Virus record (IMG/VR): IMGVR_UViG_3300006045_001036
Direction: 5' to 3' (one strand)
Length of the DNA stretch: 64,000 nt
Origin: a virus
Lineage: Duplodnaviria; Caudoviricetes
A program made the position numbers and the translations under genes. The first letter of the stretch is position 1; each line of letters starts with the position of its first letter. Below are positions 49,188-58,546 of the stretch, one piece after another. The notes under the pieces are model-generated. The model searched no databases. It was not told where the DNA came from and saw nothing but the letters and a program-made list of their open reading frames with translations.

Positions 49188-50627
49188 CTATTTTCTCGGT
49201 TTCTTCTTGGACACGAGTTTCATTTGATTTTCAGGTTTCTCAATAGGAACTGCTTCCGAGTTTTCAGCAACATCGTTTACTCCGAGCGGTTCTTGTAGCT
49301 CCATATCCGTATCTGTAATGGGTTTCCCTGTAATGTATTCCATCTGCTCACGAGTCAAAGCGTCTATAACACAACCGTTGTTTTCGAGTATTGACCGAGC
49401 GACCGCAGCATCCACTTGCTGAGGAACTTGTAGAATTCCCGCTATCCGAGCTTCAGGCGGTGCGTTCGGAGGTAATTGAGCTTTGAAATCATTCTTGGCA
49501 ATAAACTGAGCGGAAAGGGTTTGGAGAGTGAAAGACACGTCCATGATTTCGGCGGGGTGTCCGTCTCCCGAAGCCAAGTTCACTAACCGTCCGTCTGCCA
49601 GAATATCAATCCGCTTGTTTGTTCCATCGGCGTCCTCGATAACGTAACCGTGTACATTAGGACGAAGTTCATCGTGTTCAATACACATATCTTTAAGACC
49701 TGCGACATCAACCTCACAATCAAAATGACCTGCGTTACAACAGACTGCTCCGTGTTTCATAAGTATAAAGTGTTCGGGCGTAATAACGTCCTTGCACCCT
49801 GTTACCGTGATGAAGAAGTCACCGTACTTCGCTGCTTGGTTCATAGACATAACCGTAAAACCGTCCATCATTGCTTCAAGAGCGGGAAGGTGTTGAACCT
49901 CGGTCACAATAACTTGCATTCCGAGACCTTTAGCTCTCATAGCGACACCTTTACCGCAGTTGCCGTAACCAGCAACAACCGCCGTCTTACCCACAAGCGA
50001 TAAGTTTGTAGTCGCAGTAATCGCAGTCCACACCGACTGACCTGTTCCGTATCGGTTATCACAGAGATTTTTACACACGGCATCATTAACAGCGACCATA
50101 GGGAACATCAGTTTCTTTGCTTGTTGCAAAGCAATAAGCCGAGTTATTCCTGTGGTTGTTTCTTCGCAACCACCTTTGACATTTGCGGCGATTTCGGTAA
50201 AAGCTTCGTCATTGTGAAGAATATCGAGCAAATCCCCTCCATCGTCAATTACAATGTCGGGAGCGTGTTTTAAGACGGCTTTTAAGTCCTCGACATATTG
50301 TTCTCCAGAACAGTTGTGTGAGGCATAAACCGTCATTCCCTGAGCAACCAACGCTGCCGCAACATCATCTTGAGTTGACAAGGGGTTAGAGCCTGCAATG
50401 TACATATCCGCCCCGCCAGCTTTCAGGACTTCGCACAGTCGGGCAGTCTTGGCTTCAAGATGAATACAAAGGGCTATTTTCATCCCTTTGAACGACATAT
50501 CTTGCATTAAACCGACTTCGGTTTCTTTGAGTAAGGGCATATGCTCCCCAACCCACCGTATTTTCTTCGTCCCATCTTGGACGGCTTGAGCGTACTTCTC
50601 GTGGTCTTGACCGTAAGTGATTCTCAT
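49188..50627 (-). CDS. ahcY: Adenosylhomocysteinase (SAH hydrolase)
   Basis: HLEAKT, SNPLSTQD, DDGGD, EETTTG, DNRYGTGQS, GYGNCGKG, NAGHFD, GRLVNL, GHPAEIMD; AAGGAG RBS before ATG 50627. Confidence 0.96.
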   Translation of the reverse strand: MRITYGQDHEKYAQAVQDGTKKIRWVGEHMPLLKETEVGLMQDMSFKGMKIALCIHLEAKTARLCEVLKAGGADMYIAGSNPLSTQDDVAAALVAQGMTVYASHNCSGEQYVEDLKAVLKHAPDIVIDDGGDLLDILHNDEAFTEIAANVKGGCEETTTGITRLIALQQAKKLMFPMVAVNDAVCKNLCDNRYGTGQSVWTAITATTNLSLVGKTAVVAGYGNCGKGVAMRAKGLGMQVIVTEVQHLPALEAMMDGFTVMSMNQAAKYGDFFITVTGCKDVITPEHFILMKHGAVCCNAGHFDCEVDVAGLKDMCIEHDELRPNVHGYVIEDADGTNKRIDILADGRLVNLASGDGHPAEIMDVSFTLQTLSAQFIAKNDFKAQLPPNAPPEARIAGILQVPQQVDAAVARSILENNGCVIDALTREQMEYITGKPITDTDMELQEPLGVNDVAENSEAVPIEKPENQMKLVSKKKPRK

Positions 50628-50638
50628 TCGGATTCTCC

Positions 50639-51118
50639 TTAGTTTTGTGGTTTTATACAGACTGGTTTGATTTCTGACTGGACGGCTTTCGAAATCGCAT
50701 TGTTCTTCGGTGTACGACATTTGATATTAAACTCGGGGTGGTCTTCCCAACGCAATGATTTCTTTTCCTCCCGCTCAATACGAAAGAGTTCTTCCGCAGG
50801 TATCCACTTAACACCTCTGTCGGTGTAACCAAAGACTACAACGCCAAACACATTGTTTTCAGATGATTTCGGCGTTAATGTATCAAGCTGACAGTTTCGT
50901 TGGTGTTGGGTTAAGGCGGAAAAATCGAGGCGGTCTTTAGTCGTACACTTGACCTCGATAAGATAGACTTCACCCTTGATGACGGCGAGAAAATCACCGT
51001 CATTGACCGACCCTGCGTATCCGCTCTGCTGGTCGTGGAACCGAAATACCGTGTATCCCTTCTTTTCAAGATACTTCTTGAGATAATTCTGCATTTGAGT
51101 ACCGTGGTCTTGTTTCAT
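50639..51118 (-). CDS. RecU-like Holliday junction resolvase
   Basis: GDFL...LIEVKCTTKDRLDFSALTQHQ; located in the replication module. Confidence 0.7.
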   Translation of the reverse strand: MKQDHGTQMQNYLKKYLEKKGYTVFRFHDQQSGYAGSVNDGDFLAVIKGEVYLIEVKCTTKDRLDFSALTQHQRNCQLDTLTPKSSENNVFGVVVFGYTDRGVKWIPAEELFRIEREEKKSLRWEDHPEFNIKCRTPKNNAISKAVQSEIKPVCIKPQN

Positions 51119-51599
51119 AATCAGACTCCTGTAGGTCTTAAATAAATGCGGGAATGGCTAACCTATATCCGTTGGCAGCGGAGGTTATCGCCGTAGCTTT
51201 GTTACTCGGTCTCTTCGTTTCTTTGTATTCGATGTTTGCTTCCCACAGCGAGTTGTTCCCTTGTCCGCAGACGAGCTATACAAGGTGGGTATTACAACCT
51301 GAGCTTTTACCTGAAATCCAACAGTGTCATATACCTCTGCGTCAGCTAATTGACATTGCTCTGTTGTTTCCAATCCCCAGTCGGTGTACTTATCGGGCGG
51401 TTGTGCTTATCGGTCGGACGAGAATTCCGACTTCTCGTCCACGGACTTCTCAGGAATTTCACCTGAACCATAGCGTGAGTATTGTGTCAACAGGGAAGAG
51501 TCGGCACTCCGCCTATATGACCCGCAAACAACGACAACCGAGTTACCAATTCGGCAGTTCGTTGCGTCCGTAACGGTTTCTCAAATTATCACACCAACC

Positions 51600-51790
51600 G
51601 AATCAGGGAGAGGGGGTAAGGGGGAGAGGGTAATCACGTTTTTAATTTTCTTTTAAACAGACGATAGTCTGTTCGTAAACGAAAATTTTGTTTGATTGAT
51701 TATTTGATTGATTTAATTGGTTAGTTAAATTTGAGAATTTTCTCAAATCTCATGAAGGAAATTCGTAGCTTGCTTCGCTTGCTTCTTTTT
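51600..51790. other. Candidate replication origin (AT-rich, short repeats)
   Basis: G-rich duplication GGGAGAGGG x2, TTTGATTGATT repeats, ATTTGAGAA/TTCTCAAAT inverted repeat, GCTTGCTTC x2; sits at a strand switch next to replication genes. Confidence 0.4.
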
Positions 51791-52430
51791 GGGTTTCGAA
51801 GTCGGGTGATACATCTCTCTGTTTATTACTCACGGTCGGATAATCCCGCCGACCCGCTTTCAAAGGTCATTTTCCAAGTTATCTGTCCGGTCTTCCGACA
51901 CTAACTCACGACTGTCTGTTCTTGGACACGCTGTTAGTACCCTAACTAACACTCGGTAACGTTTCTTCTTACCAGAACCACCATTTCATGGTAAGTGGGT
52001 CTCACCTAAATAATTTCGGATATGTGTTAGTATACCGTCACTAAGCGTGGAGTTGGTAATTCAGGTCTTAGGACACTTTTGGGAAGCTTACTGTCTGCCT
52101 GTACTACCACTTTCTATTACCTGCTTGTTCTTTGATACTCCTTACCCGCTCCCGAAGTTGCTACGGCTTCGGGGTAGCAATAGCGTATAAGGACTCGTTA
52201 AAGAAATGCTCAAGATATAAATATCCTCCAAGACACCTACCCCGCATACTCCGCATAATCTCTCAACCACGAATTACACAGAGAAAGTAGGCATCTCAGA
52301 GGATACTCCATTCTCATAGTTAAGAAAATAATGCGAAGTACGCTGCGGGTCGCACTTCCTGTTATTTATTTTACCAAAACACATACAACTCGCATTGTGT
52401 GTTTTTGAAATATAGTGAAAGAGGTTAAAC

Positions 52431-54038
52431 ATGAAATTACCCGAAGAGTATTACCCCACGCCAACGGAGTTGGCGACAAAGATGCGAAGTAAGGTTGATA
52501 TGAAAACCGTAGCTTCCGTTCTCGAACCGTCTGCAGGTGACGGCGGTCTCATCGCAGTTTTTGCGAAATCACAGTATAATTTAGATTATTCCGCTGTTGA
52601 CGCAATCGAGATTGATGGCGACTTGCAAGCGATTCTGAAGAGTAAAGGAATTCGAGTTGTTTATAACGATTTTCTCACTTACCACTCTTACAAACAGTAT
52701 GACCTAATTGCAATGAACCCGCCGTTCTCCGAAGGAGATAAACACCTGCTTAAAGCTCTCGACATACAAAAGCACGGCGGTCAAATCGTCTGTTTACTTA
52801 ACGCTGAAACCCTACGTAACCCTTACACCAATACCCGCAAGGATTTGGTTAAGCAGTTGGAGAAATACGAAGCCGATATTGAGTATATCGAAGGAGCTTT
52901 TTCCACTGCTGACCGCTCTACCGATGTAGAAATCGCTCTTGTTTACGTCAATATCTCGAGTTCGTTTGATGATTGCGATATCTTGAAGAATTTAGAGAAA
53001 GCTCGGGAAGTCGCTTCGGAAACCGTTGAAGAAACACAACTGACAGACAGGCTTGAGAGTTATCTAAACGCTATCGTCAAACAATACGAAGCTGAAACTG
53101 CCGCAGGTGTCAGGCTAATTCGTGAGTATATGGCTTTTGCTCCACAGTGTTTGAATTCATTCGATGAGCAGTACACAAGCACTATCCTTGAGATGAAAAT
53201 TTACGATGGGAGTAGTGACCGCAGTCTTGTCAATGATTTCTTAGAGAAAGTTCGGTATAAATACTGGGCGGTGTTGTTTGGTCGTAAGGAGTTCTACGAG
53301 CTGATGACCGAGAACCAACGCAGTCAGTATTTTAAACGGTTATATGAGTTGGCTCACTACGAGTTCAACCTCTCAAACATCAAGCAAATACAGCTTGATT
53401 TGTCGAAAAGCAGTATTAAGAGTATCGAAGACACCATCCTCGACCTGTTTGACGACTTCGCCATCAAGTACACATGGTACAAGGAGTGCGACAATAACAT
53501 CCATTACTACAACGGTTGGGCGACAAACAAAGTAGGGAAAGTGAACAAGAAGGTAATTATTCGGTTGGATGCTTTCGAGCGTTACGACAAAACATTTGAA
53601 CCTCGATACACAACCAGAGGAAAAGTAACTGATATTGAGAAAGTCTTCAATTTCCTTGATTGTAACCATACTCCGCCGTTCGACAGTGTCGAAGATGTGT
53701 TAGATTACGCTACTCGGTGCGGTCAAACAGCGAAAATCGAGTTCAAGTACTTCTATATAACTTTCTACAAGAAAGGCACAGCACATATCACATTCAAAGA
53801 CATGGAGCTTATTAAACGGTTCAACATCTTTGTCGGGTTGCGAAAAAGCGGATTACCGCCGTCATACGGCAAGAAATCGTATTCCGATATGACGAATGCC
53901 GAGCAGCAAGTTGTCAACGAGTTTGACGGCGGAGAGAAAGAGTACACCAAGGTGTACAACAACCCAAGCAAGTACATTATTGAGTCCGAGAGTATGTTAA
54001 TGCTTGAGAGCAAAGAAGATTCGGGGGAGGTGTTGTAG
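52431..54038 (+). CDS. DUF4942-type N6-adenine methyltransferase
   Basis: YYPTP, VLEPSAGDG, MNPPF; C-terminal FYKKGTAHITF. Confidence 0.85.
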   Translation: MKLPEEYYPTPTELATKMRSKVDMKTVASVLEPSAGDGGLIAVFAKSQYNLDYSAVDAIEIDGDLQAILKSKGIRVVYNDFLTYHSYKQYDLIAMNPPFSEGDKHLLKALDIQKHGGQIVCLLNAETLRNPYTNTRKDLVKQLEKYEADIEYIEGAFSTADRSTDVEIALVYVNISSSFDDCDILKNLEKAREVASETVEETQLTDRLESYLNAIVKQYEAETAAGVRLIREYMAFAPQCLNSFDEQYTSTILEMKIYDGSSDRSLVNDFLEKVRYKYWAVLFGRKEFYELMTENQRSQYFKRLYELAHYEFNLSNIKQIQLDLSKSSIKSIEDTILDLFDDFAIKYTWYKECDNNIHYYNGWATNKVGKVNKKVIIRLDAFERYDKTFEPRYTTRGKVTDIEKVFNFLDCNHTPPFDSVEDVLDYATRCGQTAKIEFKYFYITFYKKGTAHITFKDMELIKRFNIFVGLRKSGLPPSYGKKSYSDMTNAEQQVVNEFDGGEKEYTKVYNNPSKYIIESESMLMLESKEDSGEVL

Positions 54039-54040
54039 TC

Positions 54041-54997
54041 ATAGCACGTAATAGAGTTGTAATCAAACAAGGGCAGGAACACCGCCGTGAATTCGTAAAT
54101 CTGTTCAAGAAATTTGACAACGGCGGACACAGTGACTGGCGAGTATGGCAGGATTTTGTTTACATGGCGTCGTCGGCACTCGCCCAACCCGCCGACTTTC
54201 GGCAAAGCCGTGAAGACGAATATATGCAGATTATCAGCAGATATAACAAAGAAGAACAAGACAGATTCCCGAAAATGTTCTTAGAGATTGTCGAAGCGTT
54301 TGAGGAAGAGAAGTTCGCTGACATACTTGGCGACCTATATATGCAGTTGGATATGGGAAGTAAGTGGAGAGGTCAATTCTTCACCCCATATAATGTTTGC
54401 GTAATGATGGCGAAAATGTCAGCAACCAATGTTCAGGAAGAAATCGACAAAAGCGGTTATATGTCTGTGTGTGACCCTTGCTGCGGAGGCGGTGCAATGT
54501 TAATAGGTTTTGCTCAACACTGCATGGAGCAGAAAGTGAATTATCACAACAACGTACTGTTTGTCGGACAAGACATCGACCCAATTGTAGCAAGAATGTG
54601 TTATATTCAGATGTCGTTACTCGGCTGTCCCGGATACGTAGTAATCGGTAATTCGCTGACTCAGCCGATTGTCGGAAACCCTCTGTTTCCCCAAACAGAC
54701 AAAGTTAATCCTGATTTGCCTGATGCCGACATCTGGTATACTCCGTTCTGGTTTACCGAAGCATGGCATTACCGCCGAGCGTTGTATCAAGTCACATCTC
54801 TGGTGCAGTCTTGTGTTTCTTCTGAAAAACAAGACGAACCTACCCCACCTGTCGTACCACCAGTTGAACCGCTTTCTCCGCCAGCCAAAGGGATTTTGTT
54901 TGACGAAGAAACCAAGAAAGCGGCATTCCAGCAGATGAATTTGTTTGAGGATTCCGAAGACCTTGACCCTAATGACATTGACGAGTTGGACGGATAA
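54041..54997 (+). CDS. N-6 DNA methylase (HsdM-like fragment family); probable ATA start at 54041
   Basis: GQFFTPY, DPCCGGG, GQDID...MCYIQ; frame open from GGAGGTG-8 nt-ATA. Confidence 0.8.
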   Translation: MARNRVVIKQGQEHRREFVNLFKKFDNGGHSDWRVWQDFVYMASSALAQPADFRQSREDEYMQIISRYNKEEQDRFPKMFLEIVEAFEEEKFADILGDLYMQLDMGSKWRGQFFTPYNVCVMMAKMSATNVQEEIDKSGYMSVCDPCCGGGAMLIGFAQHCMEQKVNYHNNVLFVGQDIDPIVARMCYIQMSLLGCPGYVVIGNSLTQPIVGNPLFPQTDKVNPDLPDADIWYTPFWFTEAWHYRRALYQVTSLVQSCVSSEKQDEPTPPVVPPVEPLSPPAKGILFDEETKKAAFQQMNLFEDSEDLDPNDIDELDG

Positions 54998-55008
54998 TTT
55001 TTAAGAAA

Positions 55009-55998
55009 GTGAGATTATTAATGAAAGAAAATAAACCAATAAAAGCGGTTAACCCTATTGTTGTCGGAACTAAAGAGGACGGCGGTTTCGTCGGATTCGA
55101 TGCTTGCGACGAATTGTGCAGTCATTGTATGTGTGAAACCTACAACATACCTGTTGACGCAGTCAGTTTATGTTCACATTGCGGAGCCGAGTTACTTCCT
55201 TGTGCCACTTGTGAAGACTCTTATTGTGACTTTGACATGGCTAAAGGCGGTTGTCACCGATTCCAATATTCCGACAACTACATTGCCAAGCAAAAAGCGA
55301 GAATGATGGATAAAGAGGTTCCACTGTTTATCGGCGACGATGTTTACGTGAAAACTACGCACTATACTGGGAAGGCAAAAATTGTCGGGACTGCCGACGA
55401 TGAGTACGATAATTTCCCCGACGTAAAAGCAGGAGCTTACGACGATTGTTTCATAGTTGACTGCGGGGAAGATGTCGGGACTATGACAGTTCATAAGAGC
55501 GAGATGGAAACATTCTATATCCATGTTGAGAACAACGGATTTCCTATTCAACCAAGCGAATTAATACTTGAAGTCCCTTTTGTGTCTGTTTGGGACGGCG
55601 GAGTTGAAGTCGAAACACAGTGCCGTGTCAACATCAAAACAGGCGAGGTTCATGCTATCGAGAAATCAGGCTTGCGTGGGATGGCATATGTGCGGGGATT
55701 AGATGTTTGTGAAGAGCAGTATATCGTTATGAACGATGAGAAGGTTATCGTTTACGAAGACGAAAACGGCTTTGATTACTGGGCGGATTTGAAAGGAATA
55801 GACGTAACGGCTAATCCCTCTATAGATTTCACAAACAAGGATAACAGCAGTTCTGTTGTCAATATCAGCATTACCGTTGATGGTGTTAATCATCGAGTCA
55901 CCGCCAACAGCGTCAACGAAGCAATCGGCGGGTTTCTTGTCGATAATCCCGATTTGTGTTACAATGAATTACAGGTAGATTTGGGGGAAGACGAATGA
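55009..55998 (+). CDS. Hypothetical protein with Zn-ribbon N-terminus
   Basis: CSHC...CSHCGAELLPCATC. Confidence 0.65.
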   Translation: MRLLMKENKPIKAVNPIVVGTKEDGGFVGFDACDELCSHCMCETYNIPVDAVSLCSHCGAELLPCATCEDSYCDFDMAKGGCHRFQYSDNYIAKQKARMMDKEVPLFIGDDVYVKTTHYTGKAKIVGTADDEYDNFPDVKAGAYDDCFIVDCGEDVGTMTVHKSEMETFYIHVENNGFPIQPSELILEVPFVSVWDGGVEVETQCRVNIKTGEVHAIEKSGLRGMAYVRGLDVCEEQYIVMNDEKVIVYEDENGFDYWADLKGIDVTANPSIDFTNKDNSSSVVNISITVDGVNHRVTANSVNEAIGGFLVDNPDLCYNELQVDLGEDE

Positions 55999-56252
55999 GA
56001 TTATTACAGTTTTTGTTTGAAACAGGCGAGACCTCCTGTCCGTATTGGCAAGAATGGGTTGTGGTTAAGTCGGAAAATCCCATTGATTACGATGAACTCA
56101 AAGACTCTATAACTTCGTACATGGAGAGTAATTGCGGAGAAGAAAGCGATTTCAAAGACTATGTTGCGGATATCATGGATGCCTCGGGACTGTCGTGGTC
56201 GTGCTTCAGTGGCGGGGTCGTGATAAATCAGATTCACACGTTTTGGGTTTGA
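55995..56252 (+). CDS. Small hypothetical protein
   Basis: ATGA overlap with the upstream gene. Confidence 0.6.
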   Translation: MRLLQFLFETGETSCPYWQEWVVVKSENPIDYDELKDSITSYMESNCGEESDFKDYVADIMDASGLSWSCFSGGVVINQIHTFWV

Positions 56253-56267
56253 TAAAACCGTGAAATT

Positions 56268-56299
56268 GACTCCGTCCCCTCGAATTCGGGGACGGAGTC
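56268..56299 (+). terminator. Strong hairpin ending the + strand methyltransferase operon
   Basis: GACTCCGTCCCC/GGGGACGGAGTC 12-bp stem; no clear U tract. Confidence 0.55.
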
Positions 56300-56397
56300 G
56301 CTGTAAATGAATCCGATGTTTTGCAATTAGCCCTTGACAAATGTATGTTTCTATGATAGAATGATAATTGTGAAAATATTACTGCAAGGAGAGTCGA

Positions 56398-56769
56398 ATG
56401 TTTCTTTTTAAGTGCGAATGTGGTTGCTGCTTTACGGTTAAGGAAGAGACGTTGAAAAACATCACCAAAAACTATCATTGCCAAAACTGTAATACAGAAA
56501 TGTGTCATGTTATCGAAAACTATGACAAGCTCGACTTTAATAATTCAAACTCTGTTAAGCCAATAGGAGTGAAGATAGAATCCATGTCTGAGCCTAATGC
56601 AGATGAGATAAATAAGAAACTACGGACTGCTCCGATGTTAAAGTCGTCTTCACGATTATGGACAAAACACGTTCAGGACGACTTATTGTCTAAGTTCTTA
56701 TCCTCACTGTTAGCTCTGTGTTGTCTGGTATCTGTACAACCGATAAACCCGATACAGGTAATTGCATAA
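56398..56769 (+). CDS. Cys-rich hypothetical protein
   Basis: TTGACA-17-TAGAAT promoter at 56334-56362, AAGGAG RBS; CECGCC...CQNC. Confidence 0.6.
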   Translation: MFLFKCECGCCFTVKEETLKNITKNYHCQNCNTEMCHVIENYDKLDFNNSNSVKPIGVKIESMSEPNADEINKKLRTAPMLKSSSRLWTKHVQDDLLSKFLSSLLALCCLVSVQPINPIQVIA

Positions 56770-57130
56770 CGGACAGTCCTGAAGCTAATAAATGTGTTGT
56801 AGTTGAATTCAAGCTAAGCAAAACTTCGCTTTTTCCGCCCATTATCACCCTGCTGTCACTCGAAAACAAATCTCGGAATGACTCTAACTCATTTATCAAA
56901 ATATTTATACCGCAATTCTTACAAAAAGCGAAATCTTTGTACTCAGCGACACAACCGCAGATGGTGCAAATTGATGAAATTTCTTCTTTTAATTCATTAT
57001 TTTCCGTTGTTTTATTGTCCATTTATTTAGTTTTGCCTTTCATGTATTTAAGAAATAAATGCTATCCTTGACAAATCCGCATTTCTGTAGTAGAATATAA
57101 AAGATGAAATCATAGAATGGGGGTAACTCA

Positions 57131-57625
57131 ATGAAACCCAGTTTGTATCTGGAAACTACGATACCGAGTTATTTGGCAGCTCGCACAAGCAATGACCTCA
57201 TCATTGCAGGAAGACAGGCTGTAACGCATGAGTTTTATGAAGCTGAGAGGTATAGATATGAACTCTGTATATCAGATTATGTCTTACAAGAATGTAGCGG
57301 TGGCGATTCCGAAGCGTCCAAACGACGTTTGAATTGGTTGAAAGGTGTCACTGTGTTAGAGAATATTCCGGAAATTGCACCTTTGGCGGAAACCTATCTG
57401 CAATTACTCTCAATTCCTCAGAAATCCAAAATTGATGCTTTTCATCTTGCGGTCTGTTGTGTGTATAGAGTCAATATTTTGTTAAGTTGGAACTGTACAC
57501 ATTTGGGTGTTGAGAGTATGCAAATTATTCAAAAATACAACGATACGCACGGTTTATCAACACCACAGATGATAACACCCGACTCACTTGTCGGCAAGTA
57601 TAAGGAGGTGGATTTTAATGGTTGA
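57131..57625 (+). CDS. PIN-domain (VapC-like) toxin
   Basis: YLETTIPSYL, S..VLQE, DAFHLA, LLSWNCTH; TTGACA-17-TAGAAT promoter at 57068-57096. Confidence 0.88.
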   Translation: MKPSLYLETTIPSYLAARTSNDLIIAGRQAVTHEFYEAERYRYELCISDYVLQECSGGDSEASKRRLNWLKGVTVLENIPEIAPLAETYLQLLSIPQKSKIDAFHLAVCCVYRVNILLSWNCTHLGVESMQIIQKYNDTHGLSTPQMITPDSLVGKYKEVDFNG

Positions 57626-57791
57626 CCCTATCGTTACAGAAGTGCGAAAAAACCGTGAGAAACTTCTTGAAAAGTTTGATGGAGATATAAACAAGCTTCG
57701 CACACATCTTGACGAACAGCGTCCCAAATGGGAGGATTTGGGATTTCGTTACGAAACCGTGGCAGAGCGGCAATCACGTTTTGCACAGTGA
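57618..57791 (+). CDS. Putative antitoxin downstream of the PIN gene
   Basis: AAGGAGGTG RBS; DPIVTEVRKNREKL; overlaps the PIN stop. Confidence 0.7.
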   Translation: MVDPIVTEVRKNREKLLEKFDGDINKLRTHLDEQRPKWEDLGFRYETVAERQSRFAQ

Positions 57792-57890
57792 TTCACAAAA
57801 GTAAGGTTAAGTTATGCCGTCACCTCTCGGGGTGACGGCTATTGCTTGACAAAGTGGCGGGAGTAACGATACTATCGAAGAGCGGAAAAA

Positions 57891-58148
57891 TTATCCATCC
57901 AACTCATCTATATCATCGGGATTCATCGGTTTCGGAGGTTGAGGCGGTTTAGGCGGTGTCCAACCCTTATACTGACTCTCTGTCTGGTGTTTAGCAAAGA
58001 AATACGTAATCACTGAGAAAAATATGTTGCCGAGCAGTTCACTTGATATCGACACATTCTGAGCTACTGCCAGATAACAAAATGTAACGGTTATCATGAT
58101 TGTAACAACGCTCTTTATAGTGCCTACATGGTTTTTCGGTGGTTTCAT
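57891..58148 (-). CDS. Holin-like two-TM membrane protein
   Basis: IKSVVTIMITVTFCYLAV...IFFSVITYFF. Confidence 0.6.
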   Translation of the reverse strand: MKPPKNHVGTIKSVVTIMITVTFCYLAVAQNVSISSELLGNIFFSVITYFFAKHQTESQYKGWTPPKPPQPPKPMNPDDIDELDG

Positions 58149-58168
58149 ATTCTTCTCCTTTCGAGAAG

Positions 58169-58546
58169 CTACCCGCCGAACCCGAATTTTGATATAACGA
58201 ACCCGACGACTGCTGCGACTACGAGTGTGATAATCTGAGCTGTAACACTCTCCCATTTCTTGGCAGGTTTCTGCTCAATGTCTGTGACACGCTTGGAAAC
58301 TTCGGCAAGGTCTTTGGCGTTTTTCTCACCCTGCTTTTCAATCTTGTCATAAATACGTTGAATATGCTCGTTGAAGCGAGTGTTCATCTCCTTTATCTGT
58401 TGTACCATAGTCTCAACATTACTCGAGATTTTCCACACGGCTTCATGTATTTCTTCTATCTTGTCAACTCTTTTTTCGAGTGCGTCGTCCCTCTTTTTAA
58501 GGTCTTCGACGTCACGTCCTAAGAGTGCAAATTCCTTTTCGTTCAT
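58169..58546 (-). CDS. XhlA/BhlA-like coiled-coil protein with C-terminal TM
   Basis: Coiled coil then IEQKPAKKWES and a hydrophobic helix. Confidence 0.65.
   Translation of the reverse strand: MNEKEFALLGRDVEDLKKRDDALEKRVDKIEEIHEAVWKISSNVETMVQQIKEMNTRFNEHIQRIYDKIEKQGEKNAKDLAEVSKRVTDIEQKPAKKWESVTAQIITLVVAAVVGFVISKFGFGG

Noticed and set aside
51154-51573. 139-aa + ORF or a replication initiator gene in the 51.1-52.4 kb gap
   Set aside because: No convincing RBS or motifs, and no long - strand frame spans the purine-rich tract at 51605-51631.
52431-54997. Complete restriction-modification system
   Set aside because: Two methyltransferases but no recognisable restriction or specificity subunit nearby.
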